DNA of 64,000 nt, taken from positions 26,970,001-27,034,000 of the forward strand of contig NC_086378.1 of the NCBI RefSeq assembly GCF_036588685.1, in the 5' to 3' direction. The position numbers and the translations under genes were made by a program. This stretch comes from Mytilus trossulus (Eukaryota). The first letter of the stretch is position 1; each line of letters begins with the position of its first letter. Under the pieces are notes generated by a model. That model was not told where the DNA came from. It was given only the letters and a program-made list of their open reading frames with translations, and did not search any database. Below are positions 35,471 through 48,560 of this stretch, piece by piece.

Positions 35471-36534
35471 TTATTGTTCAGTATAACTCGTTTCCTCGAT
35501 GTATCTAACAGTTATTGTGTTTCGAGTCATATAAATCACGAGTCAAACGTTTAAGTTATTAAACTTGTTTATTTTAAATTATACTTGATGCACAAAATGT
35601 TCTCGAAGTGTAAAACTTACAACTAGTTACCAATAATCAAACTAAAATGGCCAAATCGAACTGAAAAGTCTTAAACATGTTAAATGACTGAGAAACAAAA
35701 ACATGTTTAGATTTTTCAGTTTTTACAGTTCAATTTTCAAATCACAGTCTGTGCTGTAATGCAAATCAGTTTAGACTGTTTAAACTCACTCACCTCTCAT
35801 CTCTCACGAGTTGGTATGACAAATGAAAAGGAATCGTCCTTTTTAAATTAACCTCAAGGAGTGTAATTTGAAAAATTGTCTGAAAAGGTTTTTAAATATT
35901 GACAATTTTATCTTGTAAGAACAAAATAAAAACAAATATTGCATGGCCTTATTCTACCACCATAGGAATATATCATTTATAAATTCAGCCCTTCTCCTTG
36001 CAAGTCCAACACATAATTCAACAGAGTTAACCTTTACACTGGTCAACCCGTCGACCTATGCATTTATCGACTTTTCAACATATCAACCTGTCAACCTGTC
36101 TGTAAAACTTTACAAATGTCAACCTGTCGACCTATGCCTTTATCGACTTTTTAACATGTCGACCTGTCAACCTTTCAACCTTAACACTTGTCAACCTTTC
36201 TGGTGTAAACCTGTCGACATGTTACTCTGTCAACTTATGTACAAACATGACTTAGCCGATTTACTTCTTAAGTTAAACCGATTGATGGGGTGCACAGATA
36301 CACTTTTATGGCGAAATTTCGATTGAGCCTATTTTGTCCAAGCTTGCTAACATTTTTCTTAACTGCAATTATCTTGTTTTGCAGCCATGTTTTGGTTCTG
36401 CCTTTCGATTTTGAAAATACTCTTCCAAAATCGGTCTCATCATAAATTCGAGGGTCCTGCCTGTTATTTCAAATTTGATCTAGGCCCCTCCCAAATAGAT
36501 ATGATTGTTATGAAAAAAGCTTATGTTTAACGCA

Positions 36535-36662
36535 TAAATATAGAATAACCATATATTGTCTCGAAATATCAATGCTTAGAATAGCCTCGCTTTTTACCCA
36601 TTCCTAAGCCTTGTACAAATAATATTGATATTTCGAGACAATTTACGGTTATTCTGTATTTA
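36535..36662. repeat. Isolated palindrome with 39-bp arms (possible Crypton-type end or mini-element)
   Basis: TAAATATAGAATAACCATATATTGTCTCGAAATATCAAT vs reverse complement TAAATACAGAATAACCGTAAATTGTCTCGAAATATCAAT (3 mismatches). Confidence 0.75.
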
Positions 36663-37637
36663 ACTTTTAATGATGTCATCGATCATTTACATGGGTTGGT
36701 TTTTTTTTTTGGGGGGGGGGGAGACTCTAACATTGAAATTTTTGTTTAAAAAATTATCTAATGGGAAAAAATATATTCATTTTATATTCTCCCCCCCCCC
36801 CCGAAAATCGAATGGTTATTGCCTTTTACATTAATGTTATTTTAGAATTAAAACAATATTATAACCATCCGACTGAAATCTGAAATACAGAAACCGGCGA
36901 AGGGAGACAACCACTATTTATATTATGTCTTATAAGTTCGATGCGTTTCCGTCAAAAACTCTGGTTTTAGTAAACATTATTAGTGCGTTTAGGTGCGTCG
37001 TCACTTCCGTTCCAATATTGAGCGAGTGGTTTGAAAATTATAAATCTATATTGTACGAATTATGCGGCAAATTGATTTCTCATAATTGACAAACAGCACT
37101 GCTTTCATTGGGATTTGTGATTAAGTACTAACAAAACACCTATTATTTCTAGTTTATCCTGCACAATGACGATTACTAAGACGCTTGATAAACGTTAATA
37201 GTACAGGGATACAGGCGACCCCCTCAATCTGGTAAATGATTTACACACGGATTAATTCTGCAGGGACAACAATATATTTGTCATAGAGTTAGGCCAAGTG
37301 CTTTGAAACAATTGGTCAATTATTGTATAATGTTAACAGATCCATTATTTTTTTCATTCTGTCAACGATCTGACAGTCCTTCTTCAATTGGAAAGAATAT
37401 CTACGGTAGTTTTTTGTGTTCTGGAAATGAACCAAATTATACTATTCATATTTTAATAGTTATTTAGTTAGAAAATAAAGATATGTAACTAATACACACA
37501 TTTTTTTTTTTTTTTTTAATTTTCAGTTAAAACATTTTTTTTCACTAGTTTTGTAAGAGGCTAAATCACAATGTAATGTTAAGTATGAGTGAAATGATGT
37601 TTAAACAAATATAACAACTGCCACATAATTAAAACGT

Positions 37638-37870
37638 GTACACTACCATATCATATTAAATATGGAACTTTGTCCAGTATTCTAGAGTTGAACCCATGTG
37701 ATGAAAACAAATCAATAATTACGACCAAATTTTTAATTGGGATTAGATAAATATTTAACTCCTTGCATACAATACCTTGATGTACGTCGTTCATAATATA
37801 TATTATAGGCTTCGTAAATTTGAACTAAATCAATATTTTTCATGTTTCATGACATCAATTATTGATACTT
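37638..37870 (-). pseudogene. Decayed fifth GT31 copy, C-terminal remnant
   Basis: ACACTACCATATCATATT, CCATGTGATGAAAA and GGCTTCGTAAATTTGAACT blocks are colinear with the 3' end of copy 4 (44652-44900), with indels. Confidence 0.8.
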
Positions 37871-38427
37871 AATGTTAAAAGATCTTTCATTTTTTTAAGT
37901 CTCCATATCTGATTCACATCAGAGTAGGTAGTTTCATAATAACCCAGAAGCCAGCTTTGATTGACGATAAAAGTAATGTTAATAATTTAGAAAGAGGTAT
38001 CATGGAGCACTTTGAAGACCAAGTAGGAAACCTCTGTTTGTGAGGACACTTGTGTAATTAATAATACAGTGAAGAATAATCCAGTTCTCCATCTTTGGTT
38101 GAAATTTTAAAAGAAGAGACCTTTGATTGACTATCCAGGATTTTCTAATTGGTATGGCTCATGGGTGTTGTTGTGCATTGTTTGCCGAAAAAACATAATA
38201 TTGGTCATGAATGTACATGTATATCAGGTGTTATGCAACATTTGGGTCTTTCAAAATTGATGTACAATATGTATTAATAGATTCAGGTTTGTTTCAGATA
38301 TGATTTCATCAACGAACTCACAACTTTATCCATTCAGAAATAGTATACACGTCTCCTTTTCGTGGTTATCTTCAACTCCGTATTTTATTTGGATTTGTTT
38401 TGTTTTTTTTTATATTTTTTGGATTCG

Positions 38428-38510
38428 AGGGTCCTTGATGAGCCTTTTGTAGACGAAATGCGCGTATGGCGTAAATACAAAATTTAATCCTGGTATCTGT
38501 GATTACTTTA
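38428..38510 (+). repeat. Degenerate hammerhead/retrozyme fragment
   Basis: TTGATGAGCCTTTTGTAGACGAAATGCGCGTATGGCGTA; core mutated. Confidence 0.6.
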
Positions 38511-39557
38511 TTTACCTACCACCTGTCATAAATAAGGACAACAGTAGTATACCGATGTTCAAAACTCATACATCGATAGAAAAAAACAAATCCGGGTCAC
38601 AAACCAAAACCGAGGGAAACGCATTAAATATAATAGAATGGCGACACAACATTAAAATGTGACACACACAGAAACGAACTAAGCATTAGACAAAATCCGA
38701 TGAGAGTAACAAATATAACATCAAAACTATATACATGAATTTGGGATAGAAAAGTACCGTGCCACGTCTTTTAATAATGTGAATTCACACTCAAATATAA
38801 AAGGAAACAAACGACACAAAAGAAACACAACATTAAAATGTAACACACATAGAAACGAACTATAATATAACAATGACCATATTCCTGACTTTATACAGGA
38901 CATTATTTTTTTTAAATGGTGGATTGAACCTGGTTTTGTAGCATGCCAAACCTCCCTCTTTTATGGCCATGTTATATATAACATTAAAATGACAACACAA
39001 CCTTACACGATAATACTCTCCCCAATCTAGCAGTATTTGGAAGTTGTGTTTCCAATTAAATGATTAAGGTTCATGATATTTCAAGCCCTTGGATAACACA
39101 TTTCGCAAAGAAAAGTTAAGGAATATGAATAATTGTTTTATTCATGAGTTTGTATTTTCGTATTGTTCCGGATTTTTCGAGACCAAGATTTTAAACATCC
39201 AGGTTTTCATCAACTGTGTTTTTTCTAGTGATTAACTGTGACTTAAAACTAATTTCAATATAATTTAGTAATGGACTAAGAATGTCCTTCTCGGCCATTG
39301 TTTAATTGTGTATATTTTTTTTCAAGATTCTGCTTTGGTCGTCTTTGGGTCAGCACAGATATGAAGATTTTCTGCATACAGCATAATGACAATTTAAAAG
39401 TGTTTGATATAAATCAATTCGAATCCCCATTTTATACATAAGAAAATCATTGTACCAAGTCAGGAATTTAAAAGTTGTTGTGTTTGAGTTTTTGATTTTA
39501 ATTACTCTTTGATCGTGAATAAACTCATCATAGATACCAGGACTAAATTTAGTATAT

Positions 39558-39599
39558 ACGCCAGACGCGTTTCGTCTACAAAAGACTCATCAGTGACGC
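39558..39599 (-). ncRNA. Minimal type I hammerhead ribozyme, shortened helix III
   Basis: GCGUCA-CUGAUGA-GUCU(uuugu)AGAC-GAA-ACGCGU-C|UGGCGU. Confidence 0.7.
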
Positions 39600-39929
39600 T
39601 CGAACCCAAAAAGGTTAAAAAGGCCCAAAAAAGTACGAAGTTGACGAGCATTAGACCAAAATTCCTAAAAGTGTTGCCAAATACAGCTAAGGTAATCTAT
39701 GACTTTCCGTTTTGAGTTTTGCGTTCAGTATTTTTGTGATTTTACTTTGTGTTTATCCATATCATAACAAAACATTATAACTTCATGTACATATTTTTTT
39801 TGAGTGTAATTATTTTAAACGGAAGAAAACAGCTTTAGTAATAAAAGAGGGACGAAAGATACCAGAGGTACATTCAAACTTATAAATCGAAAATAAACTG
39901 ACAACGGCATGGCTAAAAATAAAAAGGAC

Positions 39930-41540
39930 CGTGTTTATATGTCCCTTTGGGAAATTTGATGTGTCTGTGTACATCAATTAGAACCATAACGTCAAAATAA
40001 TTATGGATTCCAATGAAGACTATGCTAGAGCATGGGCTTAAGTAGGAGAAGTTAAACTGGACACTTTGTCAGAATTGATGAAAACATCAGGTCTCTAATA
40101 AAACATCGCATTCATTAATTTACCGAAGTCTGTGTGCTAAGGCTATTATATCCCTACGATAAGTATGTTGTTGTTCCAGTGGACAAAGATTCATAGATAT
40201 TTTCTCTGTATGTAAATTGTACTACTACAATTGTCTTGTAAAAGAATTAAAAAATAAACGAGCACTCAGGTTATCCCACATACAAGAACATATCATCTCA
40301 CAAGGAAGCGATTTAGGCGAATCATACGTCCTTAATGTTTATGACCCCTTCTGTAGTCATTTTTTTATGAACTTTTCAAACTTCAATTGTACCTAAATTA
40401 TAGATATAACGAATAATATAGATAGGCCATTTTGTAGATATACCAAGAGGGAAACTTGATGCAAAGCATTGTTATTTACTGTTTAATTGCATTTAACAGA
40501 AAAAGAGTAATGTGTGGCAAATAAACCAAGATTTTTATAGAAAATCCACAACCTTTAATACAGAAATTTGTGTTATAAAATTTGAAACATACATTACTCA
40601 CTTGCTTTTCTATAATGTGCTAGTGATTATATTTTACAGAAAGTTCTAACCAACCAAACAGAAAATTCCAAAATACCTCGTGCTGAGTCACTAAAGTCGA
40701 TCGCACCCTAAAAGGTGTACTTGATTTGGTCCATATTTTTATTTTTTTTAACCAATAACTACATTAATAAACTTGTTTAAAGGTAATCAATGCTAGCACT
40801 GCATGCAATAATTCCATATATATCAGTCATCAAATTACCAATAATGAGAGTACAAGGATAAAGGGATTTCTATAAAAATTCCATGTATCTAGTATTGAAT
40901 CAACATAAGGGTACATAATTCTTAATAGTTTCAATGAACATTACATTGAACAAAAAATAGGAGGACTTACCTTGTTTGTATTGGATCCATAAGCTTCTAG
41001 AAATTCCGTACAAAAAAAAACGGTACAATGCCGGCACATTTGAATGTTCGACTAAAAAAAAGTCGATTTTGTCCGCAGTGAATTAGGGTCTTCATAAGTA
41101 CTGTGAAACGGTTTGCTCACGTAGTGGTATTATCCATATGAGGATTCTAATAAAAAGTTCAAAGAATTCCCTGATGGTTTCAAAATTCGATCTTTCTCTG
41201 ATATTTTGATTTTTCAACCCTGTATACCATCATTCTCCATGTAAAATTAAAAAATCGTCTAAAAGAAATAATCAACATAAAAACCGAAGTTTACACTTTA
41301 AATATTTACTTTTGGATACAAAACGGCATATTATGTTAGTAGGGAACTAAAAGGTAAAACAAGCTACACAGAGGAGCAAGTTACCGGTATGCTGGAGTTT
41401 CTCAATATCAACATACTAGTTGACTCAGGAGGTAGAACTAATCAACAAATAGTCGGCATTCCTATGGGAACGAACTGTGTGTGCCTCTTCCTGCTGACCT
41501 CTTCTTATTTTCATTAAAGTCGAAGTTCCTTTAGACACTT
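39930..41540 (+). mobile_element. Penelope-like element reverse transcriptase remnant, interrupted at ~40335-40930
   Basis: Recognisable blocks DKYVVVPVDK (~40158), DLPCLYWIHKL (~40965), FDFSTLYT (~41205) and QQIVGIPMGTNC (~41443); many frameshifts. Confidence 0.8.
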
Positions 41541-42229
41541 GTTTTGTTCAGACACCGTTGTCAATAAAATGGAATTTTATACGACTTCCATACAAGTAAA
41601 AGGGTAAGCTAGTTGTAACATCAGCAGAAGTCAAACATATTCTACTTAACATAATGCCTGTACCGAGTAAAGAATGGGACAAATGTTACTCATTACTATG
41701 TGCTTGAGGTTTTGATTTTTAAAATTCTTATGCGATTTTCCGTTTAGAATTATCCTCGGAGTTTGGTATGTTTTTGTTTAATTTTTTGCTGTACACAGAA
41801 ATATCAACTTAAATTTTATGGTTTATTTATTTGGCATTAGAATGGAGATAATTGCATTATATTTGAAGTTTTGCTAACGTCCTTCGGTAGTTTTACAGTC
41901 ACACATATCCGTTTATCGGAATTTGCGACAGTTTGAAAACTACCAATTGAAATCTGCAAAACTTCAAATACGACACAATTACTCTAAATTCATTTGTGAT
42001 GAAAGACCAGCAAGTTACTAGTGTACACTTTACCGTTAGTTTTCACTTTCAAATGTATTTTTGTTGTTTAACTTTTTGGTTCTTATCGCGAGTCTAAAAC
42101 AAATTGTAATTTACTGAAATCATCTTGTGTTTTTATCTCACTGTCAGTTGAGCTGAAGCGGGCTGTTGTATTTTGGAGGTATGTTATCTATATAGACAAG
42201 GAACAACATTGGACCTTTTATTTTTCCTT

Positions 42230-42830
42230 GGAGTAACCCAGATGTAACGGTAGTTTTTGGGATACCATTGATGACGACTGTTTGTGAGCTCTGAGTAGAA
42301 ATGCCCAGATGCAAGTTATTTTGTATATCACCAAATTGGTTTTTCTACAGATGGCGCGAGTTGAAACTTTGTCGGACGGTTTGGCAAAGTCTGCAGCGTT
42401 TCTTGTTTCTCTAACAAGCTTTTTTTTACCAATTTGGATTGTTAGCCCAACGTTCAACCTCCACTACGGTTGACCTGGTTATTTCTCCGGGTAGTCCTTC
42501 CCGTATTGATTGCATTACCATGCTAACGGATTGCATCTGTCCGGATTTCTTTCTGATTGCCTCCCATAGTCCCATCTTTCAAAGTCACCCACAAGGCATT
42601 GGGGCCATTTACCCATTGCAGCGTGGGGCCTTATGCGACTTCTGCATGGCGCGGAGAGAATTGAGGTTAATGTAAGATTAAGGTTTGACAAATCTATTAT
42701 GATAACGACCGTTTGATTGTTACTATTGCTGTTGCGACAATTCTTGAACAAAATCAATAAGTTGTGTTTAAAAAGACGTAGATTTTTAAAACCATACTGA
42801 TGATCGTATACTATATGTTTTTTTAGGTGA
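42230..42830 (-). mobile_element. Degraded LINE fragments (RT QYGF region plus a possible RTE-like 5' segment)
   Basis: HLKKHIVYDHQYGFK resembles the LINE RT QxGF motif; adjacent GC-richer segment. Confidence 0.4.
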
Positions 42831-42834
42831 AACA

Positions 42835-43200
42835 TGCTACTGTTTGCACGAACTTACAGCATATATTGGTTAAAAATGTTGGCCTACAATCTACGGGTTC
42901 ACTTGGAACTTTCATTTTGATAGCTATCATGTAACAGCAACAGTCTAACCAATATAGTGTGATAGGATATGCAAACTTTTGATATCGTATCAACTGGCAG
43001 ATATGTACTTTATATGCATGTGCTGCTGGATAATTGCTATTATATAGAAATGGAAAGTTCACAATTTTGAATGTGAAATTATCTCTTTTTTCGTAAAGTT
43101 GCCTGGTTCTTAAAACTGTCCATCATTTTCAATTTCTAATGAAGTCGAGAGTCGGTCTTAAATGTGCCCGACGGGTATAATATAATGTCTAAAAGAATAG
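42835..43200 (-). mobile_element. Penelope-like RT C-terminal remnant
   Basis: LYEKRDNFTFKIVNFPFL...PAAHAY...QLIRY matches the typical PLE LYDKRDDFNFPIVNFP...SQLIRY pattern. Confidence 0.7.
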
Positions 43201-43679
43201 TTGCTCCCAACATATTCAACATACTTGAAATTATTTATTAGACATCATCTGTTTATAGCCGTATGTGAAGTTCAAGGATAATAACAGACCCTTTTTACTC
43301 TTTTTTTATGTATGATGTTGCCTCGAATGAATAAAGAAATAGGTCTAACAGAATAGGAACACATTTGATTCTACTAGTCTGAGACTACAGTTATCGTCCT
43401 TTGGATTTTGTTGTGCAAGAATATAGTCCTTAGTATGGACATTGTGTTCCTATTTTGTATATACCCCTTCCAAATTTATTTCTCTATGTTATATGCCTCA
43501 CGTAGCAATTCGAGTGTGAAATGACACTGTTAAAGAATTTGGGTCATGAATTTTGAAGTAAAGTAGTGATTAGATCCAGCTGAAAATGTTAAAAATCAGC
43601 ACTTCGGAAGCTGTTAAAAGATTTCAAGAACCCCTTAACATATAAATGTCCTAATTTTATCATGAGAAAGATTTGTTCA

Positions 43680-44310
43680 TGTTTTGTTTCATTCCAAACA
43701 GTGGTTCTCTAGAAGAAGACATTTGTATGTATTTCCTTTAGGGTCCTATGTCAAACTAAGTCCCCGCTGGCGGCCATATTGGATGATGGATCAGCTACAA
43801 AGTAACAAAACGTGGTTAGCACCTCATAAGGAACATTCATGCTATTTTTAGTTTCATTATATTCAGTGGTTCTCTACAATAAGACATTTGTATGTATATC
43901 CCCTAGAGTCCTATAGCCCTAGAGTTAAACTAAGTCCCCCCGTTGGCGGCCATCTTGTTTGAATTGATCAGTTAAGTAACAACACCTGGGCAACACTTCA
44001 TAAGAAAAACAATGCTATGTTTGGTTTCATTTCATACAGTGGTTCTCTATAATAAGACAATTGTATGTATTCCATATGGTCCTATGTTAAACTAGGTCCC
44101 CCTCTGGTGGCCATCTTGGATGATGGATTGGTTTCAAAGTAATAACACTTGGTCATCACCTCGTCAGAAACAACCATGCTATATTTGGTTTCATTCCGTT
44201 CAGTGGTTCTGTATAAGACAACATTTGTATGTAATTCCCATGGCGTCCTATGTTCAATAAAATTCTCCTCTGGTGGGCATCTTGAATGATGGGTCAGCTA
44301 CAAAGTACTC
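43680..44310. repeat. ~164-bp satellite, ~4 copies
   Basis: GGCGGCCATCTTGG-containing units at ~43767, 43943, 44105 and 44270; same monomer as at 50150-50500. Confidence 0.85.
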
Positions 44311-44650
44311 CATGCAAACAACCGAACAACAATCATAACGTTTTGTATTTCACTTACTACATATATTTAATCTTATTTCATATTCTTAAACAAATTGATG
44401 TTAAGACAAAATAGCATATAAAATAAGGATAATAGCATATTTTATTTGTGATTGTTCAATTTTCGATTTTCAAGAATATATTGCTTACAAAATACAAAAT
44501 CTAATATTGTTATTTATCAGAAAGTTTTACAATTTTGTGAAGAGAGCATTTCCTTTTTGCAACACTGCAACTGTTCATTTCTTTTAATATGATTAACTAA
44601 TAGTATGTGCAAATATTTTACATTACAAAGTAGGAAAACAAGCAAGTATT

Positions 44651-45760
44651 TTACACTACCATATCATATTGAATATGATACTTTTTCCAGTCTTCAATTA
44701 ATTGCCTTGGAGAGGTGAATCCATGTGATGAAAATAAATAGTTCATTTTACCTGGTTGATAATAACGCCAAAATCTCTTTTCCTGAGTAAGAGAAATCTT
44801 TAACTCTTTACATGCAAGACCTATGTATACGTCATCTATAAACATTGGCTTCATAAATTTGAACTGAGTCAATAGTTTATCAATGATATCAATGGTCAAT
44901 ACTAGGGATCCGCCACTGGCATATGGTGGCCAAAAATCATCCTTAAACTCACCTTTTGTTATAAACCATTTAGATTTAGCATTCCTAGAAGGTTTGGCAT
45001 TTTTCCAGACGTGTCCCAAGAACACACTACGCTTTTTAGCCCTATACAATCTATTTAAATGATCCCAAATGTATTTGGTATTGACAATGTAGTCGTCATC
45101 TACAAAAAAGATATACTTTGCATCACTGCAATGGGTAGAAACCCATGAGAAAGCCATTATCGTTTTCAATGTATTATTCTGGTAAGCGTCTACAAAATCT
45201 TGCTGAATGATGTCCTTATACATGTTACTTTCCATTTGAATAAAGGGTTTCATTAACGGTGAATATCCTAAGATGAAAACCAGTTTTATTCCAGGGTTAG
45301 ACGTATTTCCCCACGTCTTCCGTATTGCTTCTCGATGGGCGATTTGGTTAACATCAGATTTTACCACAAATAGCAAGAAAGGATCAAACTTAGCACCATT
45401 TGATTTACACACTTGAACAGGAACATGAAGGTATGAAAACGAATATTCATAAATTGGCGTTCTTTTTGTAGTATTGTTTATAACTGCAACTTTTGTGGTA
45501 TGATTTTCAACAAGAACTGTTGTTGTATTGTTTTTAACTACAGCTGAACTCGTATTTGCTAGTGACACCATATGAGAAAGATTAGAGTTAACCCGAAAGT
45601 TATCAGCGTACAATCTTGCATAAGACTCCTTGTCAAATGATTTCACAAGTTTTGATTGTTGACTAGAATTGGAAGACAAATTTACAAGAATACAGATGAT
45701 AGAAAGAATAGACACAGTCTTGAATAGCGTCATTGAAAGTTTACGAAGTTTCCTACACAT
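44651..45760 (-). CDS. GT31 beta-1,3-glycosyltransferase copy 4, 369 aa
   Basis: Intact; TM, FVDDDYIV, WPPYASGG, FIDDVYIG; predicted 5'UTR intron 45827..46152 (AAG|GTAAGC ... TTTTCAG). Confidence 0.93.
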   Translation of the reverse strand: MCRKLRKLSMTLFKTVSILSIICILVNLSSNSSQQSKLVKSFDKESYARLYADNFRVNSNLSHMVSLANTSSAVVKNNTTTVLVENHTTKVAVINNTTKRTPIYEYSFSYLHVPVQVCKSNGAKFDPFLLFVVKSDVNQIAHREAIRKTWGNTSNPGIKLVFILGYSPLMKPFIQMESNMYKDIIQQDFVDAYQNNTLKTIMAFSWVSTHCSDAKYIFFVDDDYIVNTKYIWDHLNRLYRAKKRSVFLGHVWKNAKPSRNAKSKWFITKGEFKDDFWPPYASGGSLVLTIDIIDKLLTQFKFMKPMFIDDVYIGLACKELKISLTQEKRFWRYYQPGKMNYLFSSHGFTSPRQLIEDWKKYHIQYDMVV

Positions 45761-47731
45761 GTTTTCCAGTGGGTTTCAAAATTGGTACTGCTTACTTTTC
45801 ACGGATGAAATTAAAAACTTTGGCATCTGAAAAAAAAACCAATTGATCTATTTATATGTTTTATCCGATGCAGTTTGGTTTTTCACCGATATTGTTTATA
45901 CAACGCAAATATAAAACAAAATACCAAACACATGGGAAGGTTTCACCACAATCTGATTGGTCGTTTCGAAAAACTAAATAAATTTTCGCAAAACAAAATA
46001 TGTAAATGCACTGCAAGAAACGAGAAGGAAAAGATCAAATCATCAAATGAAAAAATATTCTATCAAAATATGTCACTTTTCCGAGTCTGACAAATAATCT
46101 CTCGAAAAGAAACCAGTTCTACAAGATTAATTTCTACGAAGTATGTGCTTACCTTATTCAATTTGTTACAAATAGTCAATATAAGTGTATGTATACTTTC
46201 ATGTGAATTGATATAATGCACATACCGTAATTAAACACATGTAACATATTTAACATTAACGACCCACGTATATTGAATATAAATTACTATAGATTATGTT
46301 TTTCTTATTTCAATTATTTGTAATCGAAATTAAGGATAGGAAAGAGGTTTTGTGTAACAATCGGTATATCGTGTGCGATTGCTTATAATTATTTGCAATG
46401 TATGGTTTTTTTTTATCAAACAATATAAATCCTAAGAAAAACGAGCAGGAAGCTCTAGATGGGGTTTAAGATAAATAGAAAATACCTTTTGGAAAAGATC
46501 ATTAAATGGTCAATAAATATACAGAATAGAGAAAAATAGCACAAAATACAGAGAAAAATGGGGTGTTTGAATATAAATAATGGGTAAAAAAGATATGAAT
46601 AGAGAAACAAATGGTATATAAATTTCAAGATAAAGAAATGAAGGACCCTCCCCAAGAAAAAAAAAATGACCCTCGTACTAGAAACGAACATGAGAAAGGG
46701 GACGACTTTTTGTTCCTTATTGTTATTTGTTCAATTTTGGACGATGATGTTCCTTTTGTCTCCATCTTTGGGTGTTTATATATCACAACTTATTCGCTAT
46801 GCCCGTGTCTTCTGTGACCTTTAAGATTCCAATGAACTTAATCTTAAGTAACTGGTAACTTATTAAGTAAGGCATTTCGTTAAAACAAATACCTTTAACC
46901 TTTTATACAAATATTTGGAATGGATGTTTGGTCATACTTGTAGAAAATTTACTTCAAACTGGATAGCACATCCTCATTGTTACAAAGATGTTGTTTACCA
47001 AGCTCAGAAACTTAGATACGATCCTGGTAAACATCGATTATTTGAATAAACCTATTATAAAATGTCTATCCAAAACTGTAATTAGATATTTGAACATTCG
47101 TTTTATTGGTATTGATATTGATTTTGTCATCAGTGAATTCAAATCAACTATTTATTTTTTTATATACATACAGTTATTGTGTATACACACATTCATTGTT
47201 CTACAATCTGTTGATACCTGTATCTTAGCATTGCACAAGGTCATTTTTTTTTCTCTGACTGTTAATGACGTCTTTTTGGATGTTGGATGTATATTCTAAT
47301 TAATATGCTAGTCATAGATGCATGATTCTTTTTATTAGTTGTTGAAGGCGTCTTTGAACTAGCTGTCAGTAACTGTGTTTACTCTCAAATCTGTACTTAG
47401 TGTCTCTTTTGTTTGGATGTATAAGTATCTCCCATGACTGGTCGCAAGTTTATTTTTATATGTATTTTTTCTTTGTATCGATCTGATGAGTGACGCCCTT
47501 TTCATCTGATTTCTATACATGTAGTTTAGGCTTATGTTGCACTGGTACACCACTGTCCAAGGTAATTAAGGGTAGGAGAAACAATGTAAATTTTGATTTT
47601 ACATATAGAAAGAAATGGTTGTAGCGGTAGGTTAACAATTGAATTATCGGATTTCACACTAGTAAACCTAACGTTTTTTGTCATACATATAGAACTGATT
47701 GTATAGAATACACTTCCTCCTATTTAAAAAC

Positions 47732-48560
47732 AACAAGAGTACACACACTGAAATGTCCCGCCTTCTTACTAATCATTGATATTATGTTGATAGTCCTGAA
47801 TATAAAGCTTTATTACAACTGTCAAATAACGTAGCACTAACCAAGATAACTAAACATTGACCAATGTACCATGAAAACAAGGTCAGATGAACAATGCCAG
47901 GCAGACATGTACAGCTTACAATTCTTCCATAAAACAAATATATTTGGCGTATTGTTTATAGTTTTAAAAGAAAAACAGACCAAAACACAAAAACTTAATA
48001 CTGATCAACGAACCATAAAATGAGGTCAGGGTCAAATAAAACCTGCGCAACTGATAAATAGATCATAAAATATGTTCATACACCAAATATAGTTGACCTA
48101 TGGCTAAGAGTTAAAGATAACAAGACCAAAGCTTAACTAAAACCATTGAACCATGAAAATGAGACCAAGGTCAGATGACACCTTACAGTCCTTCCATACA
48201 CCGAATATACTAGACCTATTGCTTATAGTATCCGAGATATGAACCTTGTTCACTGATCCATGAAATGAGGTCGAGGTCAAGTGAAAACTGTCTGACGGGC
48301 ATGAGGACCTTGCAAGGTACGCATATACCAAATATAGATATCCTATTACACATAATAAGAGAGTATTTAACATTTCAAAAAATCTGAACTTTTTTTTTCA
48401 AGTGGTCACTGAACCATGAAAATGAGGTCAAGGACATTGGACATGTGACTGACGGAAACCTCGTTACATGAGGCCTCTATATACAAAGTATGAAACATCC
48501 AGTTCTTCCATCATCTACAATATAAAGCTTTAATAAGTTAGCTAACGCCGCCGCCGTATC
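47732..48560. mobile_element. HINE/Helentron-like non-autonomous element with internal degenerate repeats
   Basis: Starts AACAAGAG; repeated ACCATGAAAATGAGGTCAAGG units; ends in a GCC microsatellite. Confidence 0.6.

Noticed and set aside
35943-36326. 127-aa ORF with CQPV repeats
   Set aside because: Arises from low-complexity TGTCAACC/GTCGAC repeats; no evidence of coding function.
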